From: Paragordius varius
Lineage: Eukaryota > Animalia > Nematomorpha
NCBI GenBank assembly: GCA_964247055.1
Contig: OZ176055.1
Coordinates: 7,812,001 to 7,876,000, forward strand
Direction: 5' to 3'
DNA length: 64,000 nucleotides
Made by a program: the position numbers and the translations under genes. Below, one piece after another: positions 10,908 to 23,020 of this stretch (the first letter of the stretch is position 1; every line of letters starts with the position of its first letter). The notes under the pieces were generated by a model. That model saw only the letters and a program-made list of their open reading frames with translations. It had not been told where the DNA came from and ran no database searches.

Positions 10908-13900
10908 CACTAGTCAACAAGGTTTTGCACCACCCCATTATTTTTGTGTTTTCAGATACCTAATATCATGGAAAGGCCAAAACAAAAAAAAATTTGAGGC
11001 CACCAATAGGAATTTTCCAAAATTTAATTTTCAAATTTGTATTTAATTTAAAAAAAACAATCATTCCTCGTGTACATATGTTTAAATATTCAAACGAGCA
11101 AGTCGATACAAGTAATATTCTAGAGCCAGGTATTTTCATTATAATTTTAGTACGAAAATGCAAAAATGATCCAAATAAATTTTGCATCTGTTGTGTTAAA
11201 TATAAATTTAAGAAAAATAATTTGCGGAATATTGATGTTATTACTGGAAAACTTTTTACAAAATATTTTGATACCAAAATTGATAATGACAGAGCATGGG
11301 CCCCCCAAAAAATATGCGACGCATGCCGAATCCTTTTGCACGGTTGGAAGAATCATAAAAATATAATGCCATTTTCCGTACCCATGATATGGCGTATCCC
11401 ATCAAATCATGATCAAGGTTCCCATAACATATATTTTAGAGTGCTATTTTTGTCTTTTTGATAATTTCAAAGCTTTTCGAGCAAAGCGATATAAAAAACC
11501 AATTGTTTACCCCGATGTACCTACCGCTATTAAACCAGTACCAAATGATCCAAATATACCAGCCCCAGTATACGATGCCACAGATGATATTTTTATTGAC
11601 GAAGACTCTACAGAAAATGTTATTGATGATCCATTAAATAAAACTTTATCTGAAAATGCCGTTGATCTTTATATTAAAAAATATAAACTGCCTAAAAATG
11701 CTGCTGAAGGGTTATTATCTCTTTTGCATGAGACAAACGTTATATCAAGCGGGAACGTTACTCGACATAGAAATAGACAATCGAAAATTTCTAAATTTTT
11801 TACGGAACTTGATAAAATTATCCACTGCAATGATATAAAAGGATTAATGGAGGAGCTTAATACTTCCTACAATCCTGAAGATTGGGCTCTTTTCGTGGAT
11901 AATATGGTTTTACTCTTATATATAATATTTAAAAGCTGAGTTTGAAGATGATATTACTCCATAAAACTAATGCCAAGAAACCAGTGGTTATTGTATATGG
12001 CCGAAAATGTAAAGAATCTTACCAAGTTTTTAAAGATACACTGGAAAAAATATCTTACAAAACTCATGGTTGGAATGTTGTGGGTGATTTTAAAGTAAAA
12101 TCCGTGATATATTTTAGGTTTTATAAATGCTGGCAGGTCTTCAGGGTGGATTCCCTAAATACCACTGCTTGTTCTGTCTATGGAATAGCAGAATGAGGCA
12201 CCAGCATTATGTAAAGAAGGGCTGGGGTGCTCGAAGTTATCTGATTGGAAATTTCAATCAAATTTTGGAGCCCCTTATAAATATTGAAAAAATATACATC
12301 CCTCCTCTGCATATATTGCTGGGAATTTTTTCAATATTTATAAAGAATCTTGAAAAAGATTCGGAGTCTTTTATTTATTTTCACAACCATTATAATCTCA
12401 GCAAAGCCAAAGCTGAGGCTGGGGTTGCTAATGGCCCATTAATCAAAAAAATTTTTGAAGATAAATCTTTTTTAAACTTATTATCTATAAAAGAAAAAAA
12501 AGGCTTTTGAAGCTTTAAAAAAATTCAACAGTGGTTTTTTAGGTATAATATATTTTTAAATATTAGGTTCACATAAGTCAAAAAATTATAAAATATTCGC
12601 TCAGGAGCTTGTAGAGAGTCATCGGATGGGTATATTATTTCATAAAATGTAGGCTGTAATATGACCATGAAGCTACACGTAATACATGAACATATCGAAA
12701 AATTCCCGCTCAATAACATTAGCGATCAAGTAGGCGAGCGTATGCATCAAGATATAAAAAGATTTGAAGCAAGATACAACGCGCGAAACAATATTAACAT
12801 GATTTCTGATTTTATCTGGAATTTTAATGCCACATAATTATTATTTTAAATATATACAATAAATAAATATTCATTTTATTGAATATATTAATTAAAAATT
12901 TGTAAAGATAATGTATATATTGAGAATAATTTTAATATCTATTTATACAATTTTTTGTGGAAGTACTACAAAGATATACGATTAAATGAATATATAGACT
13001 ATAATCAACACTAAAATTTGTACAAAAAATTATTTGCATGAATAACAAAATTCTAGGCATTAAATAAGATTCTAAACAAGCTAAGAGCCAAAGTATTAAA
13101 AATCTAAAAGGGCTTATTTATAGTGTAATAGATCCGGGCGGCTGCACAAGCTCTGCATATCCCCAAGCGATCCTATAATATGCCACATATGGCAAAGATA
13201 ACAATAAGTAATCAGCCCGATAAGAGAGACTTGCAAGCAAAATCCAAGCAAATTGACATGTCAAATTAACCAATTCACAGAATAAAGTTTGATAAATTCA
13301 ACAATTAAATCGAAAAAATAGATTAGGTAAATACAAATGGTCCGATTCCATAACAGTAAATTCTACTAAAAGTGGCTACACAACATCCATCTGAAATTCA
13401 AAAATAAAACAACCAATAAATTTAAAAAATACAGTATATCCCCTAGGAACAAATAAAGGATTTTTTGTAAAAATCAACTCAAAAGTAAAGCCTAATAACT
13501 ACTCGAAAGAACGAAAATAACAAAAAAAATATAGCCTATCTAAAAGCCGAAGGTTTAAACCATGGAATGCCTTTTTTAGTATTTTTTTAAAAAATTTTTA
13601 TACGTATTAAAAATTCACTTGAAGGAAAAAGGCGGAATTTTGGCGTTTAAGTCCGTACTATTTTTTTCTCTCTGATATTTAAATGACATATTTATATTCA
13701 AAAGATAGAGTTTAAAACGCTTTATTAAATGATATTAAGTTTATAATATAATAACATTTTATTATAAAGTTATTTTTGATTTTCTCTCGATTTTCTCTTG
13801 TTTTTGAAAAATTGAAAAACCTATAATATTTCAAAATTCTGATTGGCGGGATCAAAAATTTTTTCAGATTCGGTTTGAGAACACTGAAATCAGTCATAAT

Positions 13901-13951
13901 TTAAAATTTTGAGTGGTGGTGCTCAAAAATGTCCAAATTTGTCGACTAGTG
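10908..13951 (+). mobile_element. Full-length CMC-superfamily (Chapaev3-like) DNA transposon, 3044 bp
   Basis: Termini CACTAGTCAACAA / TTGTCGACTAGTG (12 of 13 match), patchy subterminal inverted similarity over about 130 bp, TAT on both flanks (10905-10907 and 13952-13954) as a 3-bp TSD; contains a transposase. Confidence 0.9.
11078..12837 (+). pseudogene. Chapaev3-like DDE transposase: 7 exons, about 538 codons after splicing, one nonsense codon and one +1 frameshift
   Basis: Motifs CKNDPNKFCICC, WAPQKICDAC, MPFSVPMIWRIPSNHDQECYFC, WALFVD..SLK.ILLH, WNVVGDFK, GLQGGFPKYHCLFCLWNSR, PPLHILLG, GCNMTMKLH, SDQVGERMHQDI match what I recall of this family. Introns 11130-11150, 11418-11439, 11907-11935, 12095-12117, 12543-12566, 12630-12652. 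Lesions: TAA 12124-12126 and one extra A in the run at 12494-12501. Confidence 0.9.
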
Positions 13952-14019
13952 TATTTTATCAGAATATTTTTCAAAACCCCCCGATTCCGGTCTCAATATT
14001 TAAATACTTTATCCCGCGC

Positions 14020-14190
14020 AATACAATCAGCCCTATGACTATATTGCTTCCAATGATAACAAAACGGAGATTAGACTACTTTGGCTTACACCCGCAACAA
14101 CAAATTGGGAAAAAACTCATGCTGGGCCTGATTGAAGGTAAAGGTAGGCAGAAACAGAAAATGGTCAAAACAATCAACAGATGACACCCA
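14020..14190 (+). mobile_element. RTE-clade LINE 3' remnant
   Basis: Translation MITKRRLDYFGLH...KKLMLGLIEGKGRQKQK resembles the RTE C-terminal RRLxYFGH...LMLGKIEGKRxRGRQR pattern. Confidence 0.7.
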
Positions 14191-14854
14191 CCTTACAATC
14201 ATAATCTCAATTTATCCTCAGAGATCAGCCTACAGAAAATTTGTCCATTAAGTCCAGCAAAAAGTTGAATATTAACTATGCTGCATTCATTCCAGCCGTT
14301 ATCTCATTGTATTTAGTTTAGCTCACTTTATAGGGGTTAAAAATTTGGGACTCGCAGTTCTTCTTAAAGATAAGAATTTTATATGATTTGGCTTTGGATA
14401 TATTTTATAAATTATTCATTTTCAAAGAAGCCTTTAGTTGTCACCAGCCTGCTAAATTTGACTTTTATAATTAGCTATCACAAAAGCAGACTTATTCCAT
14501 GCATCAAATTTCAATTAATCCTGATATATGTTTCCGTCTTATAAATATATCACTAATATTTTTTGTATCATCCCGATGCAATGTGCGCTAATTTTATGAT
14601 CTTCCTATAGGGCGATATTCCCTCAAAATTAATATATTTTTATAAAACTTGTAAAGGCCGAAACCAAAATCACTATGAGAATTTTGATATATATTTCTAT
14701 CAGATTATTATTTTTTCACCATATTTTTGTGCAAGAGTATATATATATATATTTATTATCATCTAAAAATCTTCCATGCAACTAACAAAAAATAATCCAT
14801 TTTTAGTATAACATTTAATAACATTTTCACCTTTTATTTGTCCGCGATGACATA

Positions 14855-15050
14855 TTAGGGTGATTTTATACCCCAGTGAATCTTATAAATAAAAAGCTTT
14901 TTTAAATTTTTTAGTGTAATAACATCTTTCTGTATTAAATCAAAATTATGATTTTCATTTGTGACTTCTAGCGTCAATTCGGATTCCCTTAAAACACGAT
15001 TTAAACCTATTTAAATCAATAAATATCAAGTTTTTGCTGGTAAAATGCAA
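14855..15050. repeat. Degenerate partial copy of MITE family D
   Basis: Shares TTTGTGACTTCTAG and ATCAAGTTT.T.CTGGTAAAATG with 26840-26935. Confidence 0.45.
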
Positions 15051-15269
15051 CCTGAGAACTTACTACTTATTATTACTGTATTGGTGATTTTAAAAAAATT
15101 AAAGAAGAATAGTAACGAAAATTTTTTAGCAAGTATTTTTTAAGATTATTAAAATCGCTTTGGGATCTATATTTTTAAAAAAGTATAAAACATTTGGAAA
15201 ACATTATATAATCCGATAATTTAAATCCACACATGACAACTGAGTTTTAAGTCCCAAAAGGTTTTATTT

Positions 15270-18200
15270 ATGGGTGTTGATAATACAAAAAAATACGGTG
15301 GTAATAATCATAATTCAATACTTGCGCATGATTATTTATCTACTTCGCGAACCTGTGACATAAAATCATTTTTGAATTCAGATAGATGTGATGAAAGCGA
15401 CAAAAAATTAGTAAAGTTTTCTGATCTATCACTATCAAAGTTAACATATGATAGTCTCCAAGCTTGTGGATTCGAATATTTAACTCCGATACAGAAACTT
15501 GCCATACCTCTTGGTCGTTTTGGCTTGGATTTGATTGTACAATCAAAAGCTGGAACTGGGAAAACATGCGTGTTTGGAACTATTGCCTTAGAAACTATTA
15601 CTTATGAATGCAAATTACCTCAGGTTAGTTGTTAAAATTTAATTTTATTAATTATTATGTATCATTTAAATTATTTCTAATTATAGGTTCTAATACTAGT
15701 ACCAACTAAGGAAATTGCTTTCCAGATTAAATTGTCTCTAATGCGCTTGGGTCAATGCTATAAATCGCAAGGATTTAAAGTTGCGGCCTTTGTTGGAGGC
15801 TATCCCTTACCTTCTGAAAAACCTCAACCTTCTCTTTCAATCCCTTTAAACGAATTTTTTCTCAAAAATTCTACTGGTTCAACATCCGATATTATTGAAT
15901 ATGAATCATCTGAAAATAGTAGGCGAAAAGCGTCTCAAGACAAAATAAACCAAAAATTGGCTGAATTATATAACAGTCATATACTAATTGGGACACCAGG
16001 TAAAAGATATATGCACAATTAAATATTTTTCACCCTATTAATAATTTCATTAAATCTTTTGAGTAATATTTTAAAGAATTTCTAATGTTTTTTTTGGATA
16101 TCAACCATTGAATCATAATAGGTCGAATCAAACATCTCATATACCTCAAATATATTGACGTATCTAACATAAGTCTTCTTGTTATGGACGAAGTGGATCA
16201 AATTTTTAGGGTAAATAATTTTAATTCTGTTATTGTATTTTTTTGCCGGAATAAGTTTTGCGATGAATCAATATAAAAATTCTAATTTTTGTTTGCAATT
16301 ATTATGAAATACTTGAATAGTGTCACTTTTATATATCTCATTTTTAAGGTCAATGAGCAGGAGGTTATGGTTAATTGGATTTTTTCTACGCTTCCACCTG
16401 AACGTCAAATTATAACGACATCAGCTACTTATTCGTCTAGTCTTATACGTTTACTTAGTGATGAATACATGAATTCCCCCCAGATTTGTCAAATCTCATC
16501 TTCATTGCAAACAAATGCAAATCAAATCGCACTTGTTGATAATATGATGGCGAATGAAAACAGCCCAAAAACACTAAAAAATAATGATATAGATGACAAC
16601 ATTGAGGACAATTTTGATGACGAGATGACAGATTTGCCTGATGCCATATCTAACGTTCAATTACACGGTGTTCGACAATATATAGTGGATTTTTCAGATT
16701 CCCAATACTTGCACCATACAATTCATGCCAATTTAAACAGTGGCAAAAATGATAGCCCTCATCTTCAAGAAATTAACCATAATAAGCGTGTATCTTTTGA
16801 ACAAAAGTTAACCTATATTTGCGCTCTCCTGCAACATATAGCCTTTAAACAATGTTTTATATTCGTTAACCATGCTTTTAAACTCGAAGCCGTGGGCCAA
16901 AAACTTAAGAGTTATTTTGCAGCTCAAAATTACAGTAGTATTGAGAAGGATGGTGATACAAATGAAAATTACAAAAAACAACCTTTAATAATTAATGCAA
17001 GATGCTTATGTTCTCAACAGGTAAAAAGTTTTTTTTTTATAAATTTACTCCAAAAAAATTATTAAAATTGATAATCAGAGAGTAAAATAAAGTTTTAATA
17101 AATAGGGAGAGCAAATAAAATTTTAAATCGATAAAAATTTGATCCATAATTTTTATGTACATTTTTAACTTTTTAGGCCTTAATAAATTTAATAATCAAA
17201 TAATTTTAATTTAATCCATTTCTCCATTAATGCCTTATCGTTTATCAAGTTAGTTTTGTGATAAAGAATCATTTTCAAAGTATAACAAGGTTATAATACC
17301 ATAGTATATGTTTATTTTAATTCTAATTCCTTCTTACATCCCTTGATATTTTATTTAAATGTTTTTCTTTCATCTATTTAGCCCATACAAAAGCGTTTAG
17401 CAACTTTGAGAGATTTTGTATCTGGGAAATTTAAGGTTCTGATTTGCACAGATTTAGCGGCCCGTGGAATTGATATTCGATCAGCTGATTTGGTTATTAA
17501 TTTAGATGTTCCACTCCACCCTGATAAATATGTGCATCGTATAGGACGGTGTGGAAGGTATCATTGGAATTATATCGAGATTGTGGTTAAACATTTATTT
17601 TGATTTCGTTTCGTTTAATTTACTGTATTTTTAGTTTAATTTTTTCTTGCATAACTAAGTCCCGACGATGCCTTTGCTATATTCGGAGATTATAAATAAT
17701 TTATTTTTATTCCTTATTCACAACGTGTTTTGAATCTTAAGTTAAAATTCTATTGAAGAAATGTATTAGCATTTGAAAATATATTTTTTAACGTAAATTG
17801 TGGAAAGTACATTCAATTTTTTTATACTTTGGCAATTTAAAAAGACAATTTTTCAAAGTCAAACACTTTTGTATCCTTTAATTTATATAACTTAGTTATT
17901 AAATATCAAGTTGTAGATTTCTTAACCCTATATTAAATAATTTTAATCATAAAGGCAATATACAATATTAAGAATCTTAAACTAATGTATGCAAAAAATG
18001 ATAGACTTTAACTTTTTGAGTTGCGGCGACGCTTTTAAATAGTTAGAGAATAAATATTTTTTAAATATTTGATTTTAATTTCACTTACTGTTTTACACAA
18101 TTATTATTAAAAGTTTATATATGATAATCTTATAACCTAAATTTAATGTAAAATAAATGTAAATGATAAGGTTGAGTCGAAGAGATCGGTTATTAAATTA

Positions 18201-20041
18201 TATTTTAACCATTTTTCACGAAAACAAATTACATTTTATTCTCTATAGATTTGGATCTTATGGGTTAAGTGTTACCCTTGTGCACAATAATACTGATCGT
18301 TTTCGTTTGTACAATTTTGCAAACCTCTATAATCTTGATCTTTATAAGTTTCCACCGGATTTAGCATTAGTTCCTACCCAATTTATACAATTGTTGGCTT
18401 TATTTGATAAGAAAAACTTAAATGATGAAAATCAAACCTTAACCACAACACAAGATGTTAAAGATTTGCTTTCTCAAAGGTATAATAAAATTTTGTTTTT
18501 TTTGAAAACCAAGTCTATTTTAGGATATAAAATTTAAATTCAATGTAACAAAATTCCAAATTTTGATATAAAAATTTTTCTGTAACCAATTTTGTATTTC
18601 ATAAGCAATGTTTTTTCTAGATTGTCATAAACATATTCATACTTTTTTATGTAGGTTAGAAATATCAAGTTTAGCATATCAAGATCCCGATCAACACGCT
18701 TCAGATTCAACGGAAGACAGTTATGAAAATTTGTTATTAAAAGCGACTACCTCATCTGCTATCATCAAGACTCATGAAAACATAATAAAACACCCAGATG
18801 ATATACTTAACAAAAAGACGGGAGAAATCGACTTTGATACGACACATTTGACATTGAATGTTGGCTTATATGATCAATTTTTTGTGTCATTATTATCACA
18901 ACATAAAAGAGCGGTTAAACATAGTGATAGGAAGCAGCATAAAAATTATGATCATCGTTCAAAACATTCCATTTCAAACACATTAAAACTATTGCAAAAT
19001 ACTAGTTCCCCAAACACATTTACGGATCCCAGAAAGTTAGTTCAATACGATGACCAATTACTATCAGCGCAAAATAAATGTAACAAAGATATATCAATAA
19101 CTCATGAAAATAGGAATAGAAACAAAAGATTTTCACAAGATTCGACGTTAGAAATTACAAACACCAACATTGAATATGATAAAACCACAGATAATGATGT
19201 TTTACTTAAAAATAGCAATGTTGATGATATGTTTGAATCGGCTCAAAATCGTGAATACAATACCCTTTTGACGGGTGTATATGCCGATGCAAAGTTACGT
19301 CGGAAACGGAATTCGCGGCCTAAGAATGAAGATATTTATACATTAAAGGAAGTCAGGAAAGATTATTCGATCAAAAATGTTGATCAACTCAATCAAAACT
19401 TTACAAAAAATATAAACTATAGTAATGTACGTCAACTAAATCTTCCAAATCAAGTTGACGTACATTACATAGATTTGTACAGTTTTGATTTAGTTACAAC
19501 GGTATTAAAACAGGGTTTAGACTCTTACAAAAAGTTGTCACATGCAATGGATCGATTTGTGCAATCATTGATCAATAAATATGACTTAATAAGTGAGCAA
19601 TCTTTGACAACCAATGTTTTCACAGATAATTACACTAATTTTATGGCTATATTTTTTGACAACCGCACTGATAAAAATAGTCAGGAAGCTGACGATGAAG
19701 AAAAAATTAATTTTGTCATAAAAGAATTTAGACGTTTCAATCATGATACGACCAAAAAATATTGTTTAAATAATATCTTTGAAAACCACCGATGCATAGA
19801 TCATATATTTGAAAAGGGCCATGAACACTCTTCTTGCAAAATGAGTTTAAGTTCAACGACATCCTCCCTAAAAAGTTTAAAACAAAGTTCAGAAAACGAT
19901 TCCCATTCTTCAACAAATGACGACGAAAGTTGTTTAAAATTAAATAATCCTTCGATTTGTCTCAAGACCGAACCAATCGATATACCGTCATCGGATTTAC
20001 TATATTTTACTTTAAAACATCAGTTGAGTGTTATGACATAA
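15270..20041 (+). CDS. DDX20: DEAD-box helicase DDX20/Gemin3, 7 exons, about 1073 aa
   Basis: [25 protein letters not shown] is typical of DDX20; motifs [37 protein letters not shown]. Exons 15270-15623, 15687-15999, 16122-16210, 16349-17020, 17382-17557, 18249-18479, 18655-20041 sum to 3222 nt in frame with GT-AG junctions. Confidence 0.92.
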
Positions 20042-20259
20042 AATTATTGAATAACATTCTAATAAAAATATTATTACCTCATATGTGCGCATGTAAAAAG
20101 ATTTAGATGAAAAAGATTTATTTTTCATATGATATTAAATAAAATATTAATAAACCATGTTATAATTAAATAAATTCAATCAAAAAATAAGGCATCACAA
20201 AAAGTTCAACTATGCTTTATAAAATGTTTAATTTTTGGCTGTATTTTGACATAAAATTT

Positions 20260-22981
20260 CTATGCATCGATTAGTGATTTCAGTTTCACAGTATTTGACT
20301 TGAATTTTTATCCATAGCTCATTTGTATCATCTCCATTTTTAACTTTTAAATTTTTACTACTTTTCTATAATAAAAAATTATAATTACAGCAAAAATATT
20401 GAAGTTTTATATAAAATAGTATAATTATATAAACTTACTGGAGTTAATGTTTTGAGGAGGGTGTACACAGGCTTACCCCAAATGGTTTGACTGTATAATA
20501 AGCAGGACTGTGCCGATACTTGATTAACCTCTAGAAAATATTAATAAAACATGAACATATTATATTAGCTATTTTATGGATATAAATTGAATGCGAGTAA
20601 TGAAACATAGTTTATAAAAATTAAGGATTAAAAAAGGTTAAAATACCAATAAAATAAGGAGTTTTGCACAAGCATTCAATGTAATGAGTGAATGCTGTAA
20701 TTGCATTCTTCGAGTGCAAGTAAGATGGACCCACAAGAGATACCTTAAAGGCACATTTTTGGGTTAAGAGATGGGAACTAGTATGCATTTTTTCGACTAA
20801 ATATTCGGAAAGTTGGGCTGTTTTTTTACCCTGTAACTTTTCATCACTAAAATCCATAAATGAATAATGATAAAATACGGTTTCAAAATTATTTTTAATA
20901 ACCGTAATTAAAAAAATTGGTAAACCTACCTCAATATTATTTGATGTGTACTCAATAATATATCACTGGGTAGTAGTTGAAAGGCACCATTGAAAATAAC
21001 AGTTTGGTCACCGGCCTCTATGGATGTCTAGTAAAAATAATAATTTTTTTTATATTCCCAATTTTTATTCAGATTTAATTAAATTTAAATTTCTTTATAC
21101 ATGTTAAACCGCCAATATTTAGCTATGTAATTAAAATGTATATACCATCGTAAATTGAAATGGTAGGGTAATGATAAATTTATCATCTGTGGTTGGGATG
21201 TTAAAACACTTTAGCATATTGGCTAAATCCAAAATTATTTGTAATTTTAGCTCAGTATCATCATTGTAATAATCATTTTCTTGGGACTGATTATCCAGTA
21301 AAAGCGGCATTAAATTTATTTTACCATGAGCGCTGTCAAATTGAGACATAGTCGTAAATTTATACAAAAATGACAATTCTGTCTTCTTTTTTGTATTTGG
21401 TTCAAAACATAATTTTATATCCTGAACTTTGTCGTCGCACTTTTCAAAGTTTATCGTTAGTAGAATTGGGTAATCATAGTTTTGTTTCATAGATTTTAAC
21501 GCAGAATTCAACGGTTCCCAAATGTATTTTAGGGTGGGAGGTGTAAGTTTGCTGACATTTAATTTAGCACATCTTTTATCTAAAATGAGGTGAAGAGATT
21601 TGTGTTCGGATTTTTCCAAAGATTCATTTTTTGCTATTGCAAGGGATGGTTTTATAGTATCAGAATTTTGGTCTATTGGCTCCCCGTTAAAATCAGCACC
21701 GTCGAAATCAAGCAATAAATTTTTATCGACAACATTTCTTTGGTTTTGGGCCAATGTTTTTGGTTTTAATTTAGAAGATTTGATATGGTTCCCGTGATGA
21801 TTGGATTGGTGTTGAGTTGATTCCTGAAAATCATAAACATTTATATATTTTAAGAGGCAGAAATGCAATTTTTTACTTTTATTCTCTGTAATACAATTTT
21901 AAATATTTAATGAAAAGAAAGTTTTCTCAATAATTTTGTATGCGCGAAACTGTAAAAATATTGGTAAGAAAACTCAATAATCTGCATTAATTATTCTAAT
22001 ACATTACCAATGGCCAAAATCCAAATAAAGTGCTAATTTATAGTACATAGCATATGTTAAAATTAAATAATGGGGTAAAACTAACTCATAATAGAAAAAA
22101 AATTTGGTTGAAATTATCTAATCCGGTTTTCTAATTACCAAAATCCACACCCAAACATAGAGACAAACTATACTTTTTACATGAAAACAAAACCAATAAT
22201 CTATAATCATAGTATTAAGGCCAACATTGATGATTACGCTTATAATGATCTACGCACCCACACACAACTCATTTACGGATACAATCAATGAATGGCTATA
22301 ACGAAACCGTAAACTAAAGAAATGAAGTCTAAACTTTAAACAATAGAGAAAAAGCAAATTAGTGGTGTGTTAATGTGGACCAGCGGATTAAAGTTTGAAA
22401 CAACCATTAACGTTATAATCTTTAAGAGCGGTTGCGTTATGGATTTAAAAGCTAATAATATGCTAAACACTTCGCAATATAATATATTTAATAAAGTATT
22501 TTTGGCGATTTGGAGAATTGTAGAGTAAATAAAAAATCTGTCAAATAAATTATTTAATAAAAATAATATAATTATCACAATCATATTTTAACTAATAATT
22601 AAAGTTGTATCTTAACAAACCAGTGTGCTACATTAGGAATTTTTAACAGTATATATATACAGATTATTTTTACGCACTCATACAATCGACTTGAAACTGA
22701 ATCAATCCTCTTTTAAGGATCCGAAACTTGTAGCTAAAATTGTACCATTATTAATTTTCTATTTCAATTGATTATTTATTGTTAAAACAATTATTTATAT
22801 AATTTAGGCGTTTGTTACCTCGGGATTTTCATCATCAAAAATCATGACTTTGTGTTGAAATCTATTCCGATCTTCAGTATGTTTGGATGATAGTTCTAAA
22901 CAAAATTAAATATAATCCTCAATCGTAATAAATTGTGATTTTTTTAAAAAAAAATTTGCACAATCATAATGATTTTTTATT

Positions 22982-23020
<39 letters not shown>

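Noticed and set aside
12124-12126. In-frame TAA in the transposase as evidence of a reassigned genetic code
   Set aside because: Host ORFs of 430-630 codons have no in-frame TAA/TAG and DDX20 and GOSR2 end in TAA; a single nonsense mutation is simpler.
11130-12652. Transposase micro-introns as proof of horizontal transfer from a tiny-intron donor
   Set aside because: Host genes AP3D1 and SCOC have introns of the same size class, so no foreign origin is needed.
11130-12652. The six micro-introns as copies of one introner element
   Set aside because: Apart from GT, AT-richness and ATATATTTTAG shared by two, they show no common sequence or TIRs.
13090-13200. GIY-YIG-like motif (KGLIYSVI) or RING-like motif on the opposite strand
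   Set aside because: Only a few residues match and downstream conserved residues are missing.
22180-22470. Possible RTE endonuclease remnant (MIYAPT, ERL) in an AP3D1 intron
   Set aside because: Motifs lie in different frames and are too short to support without a search.
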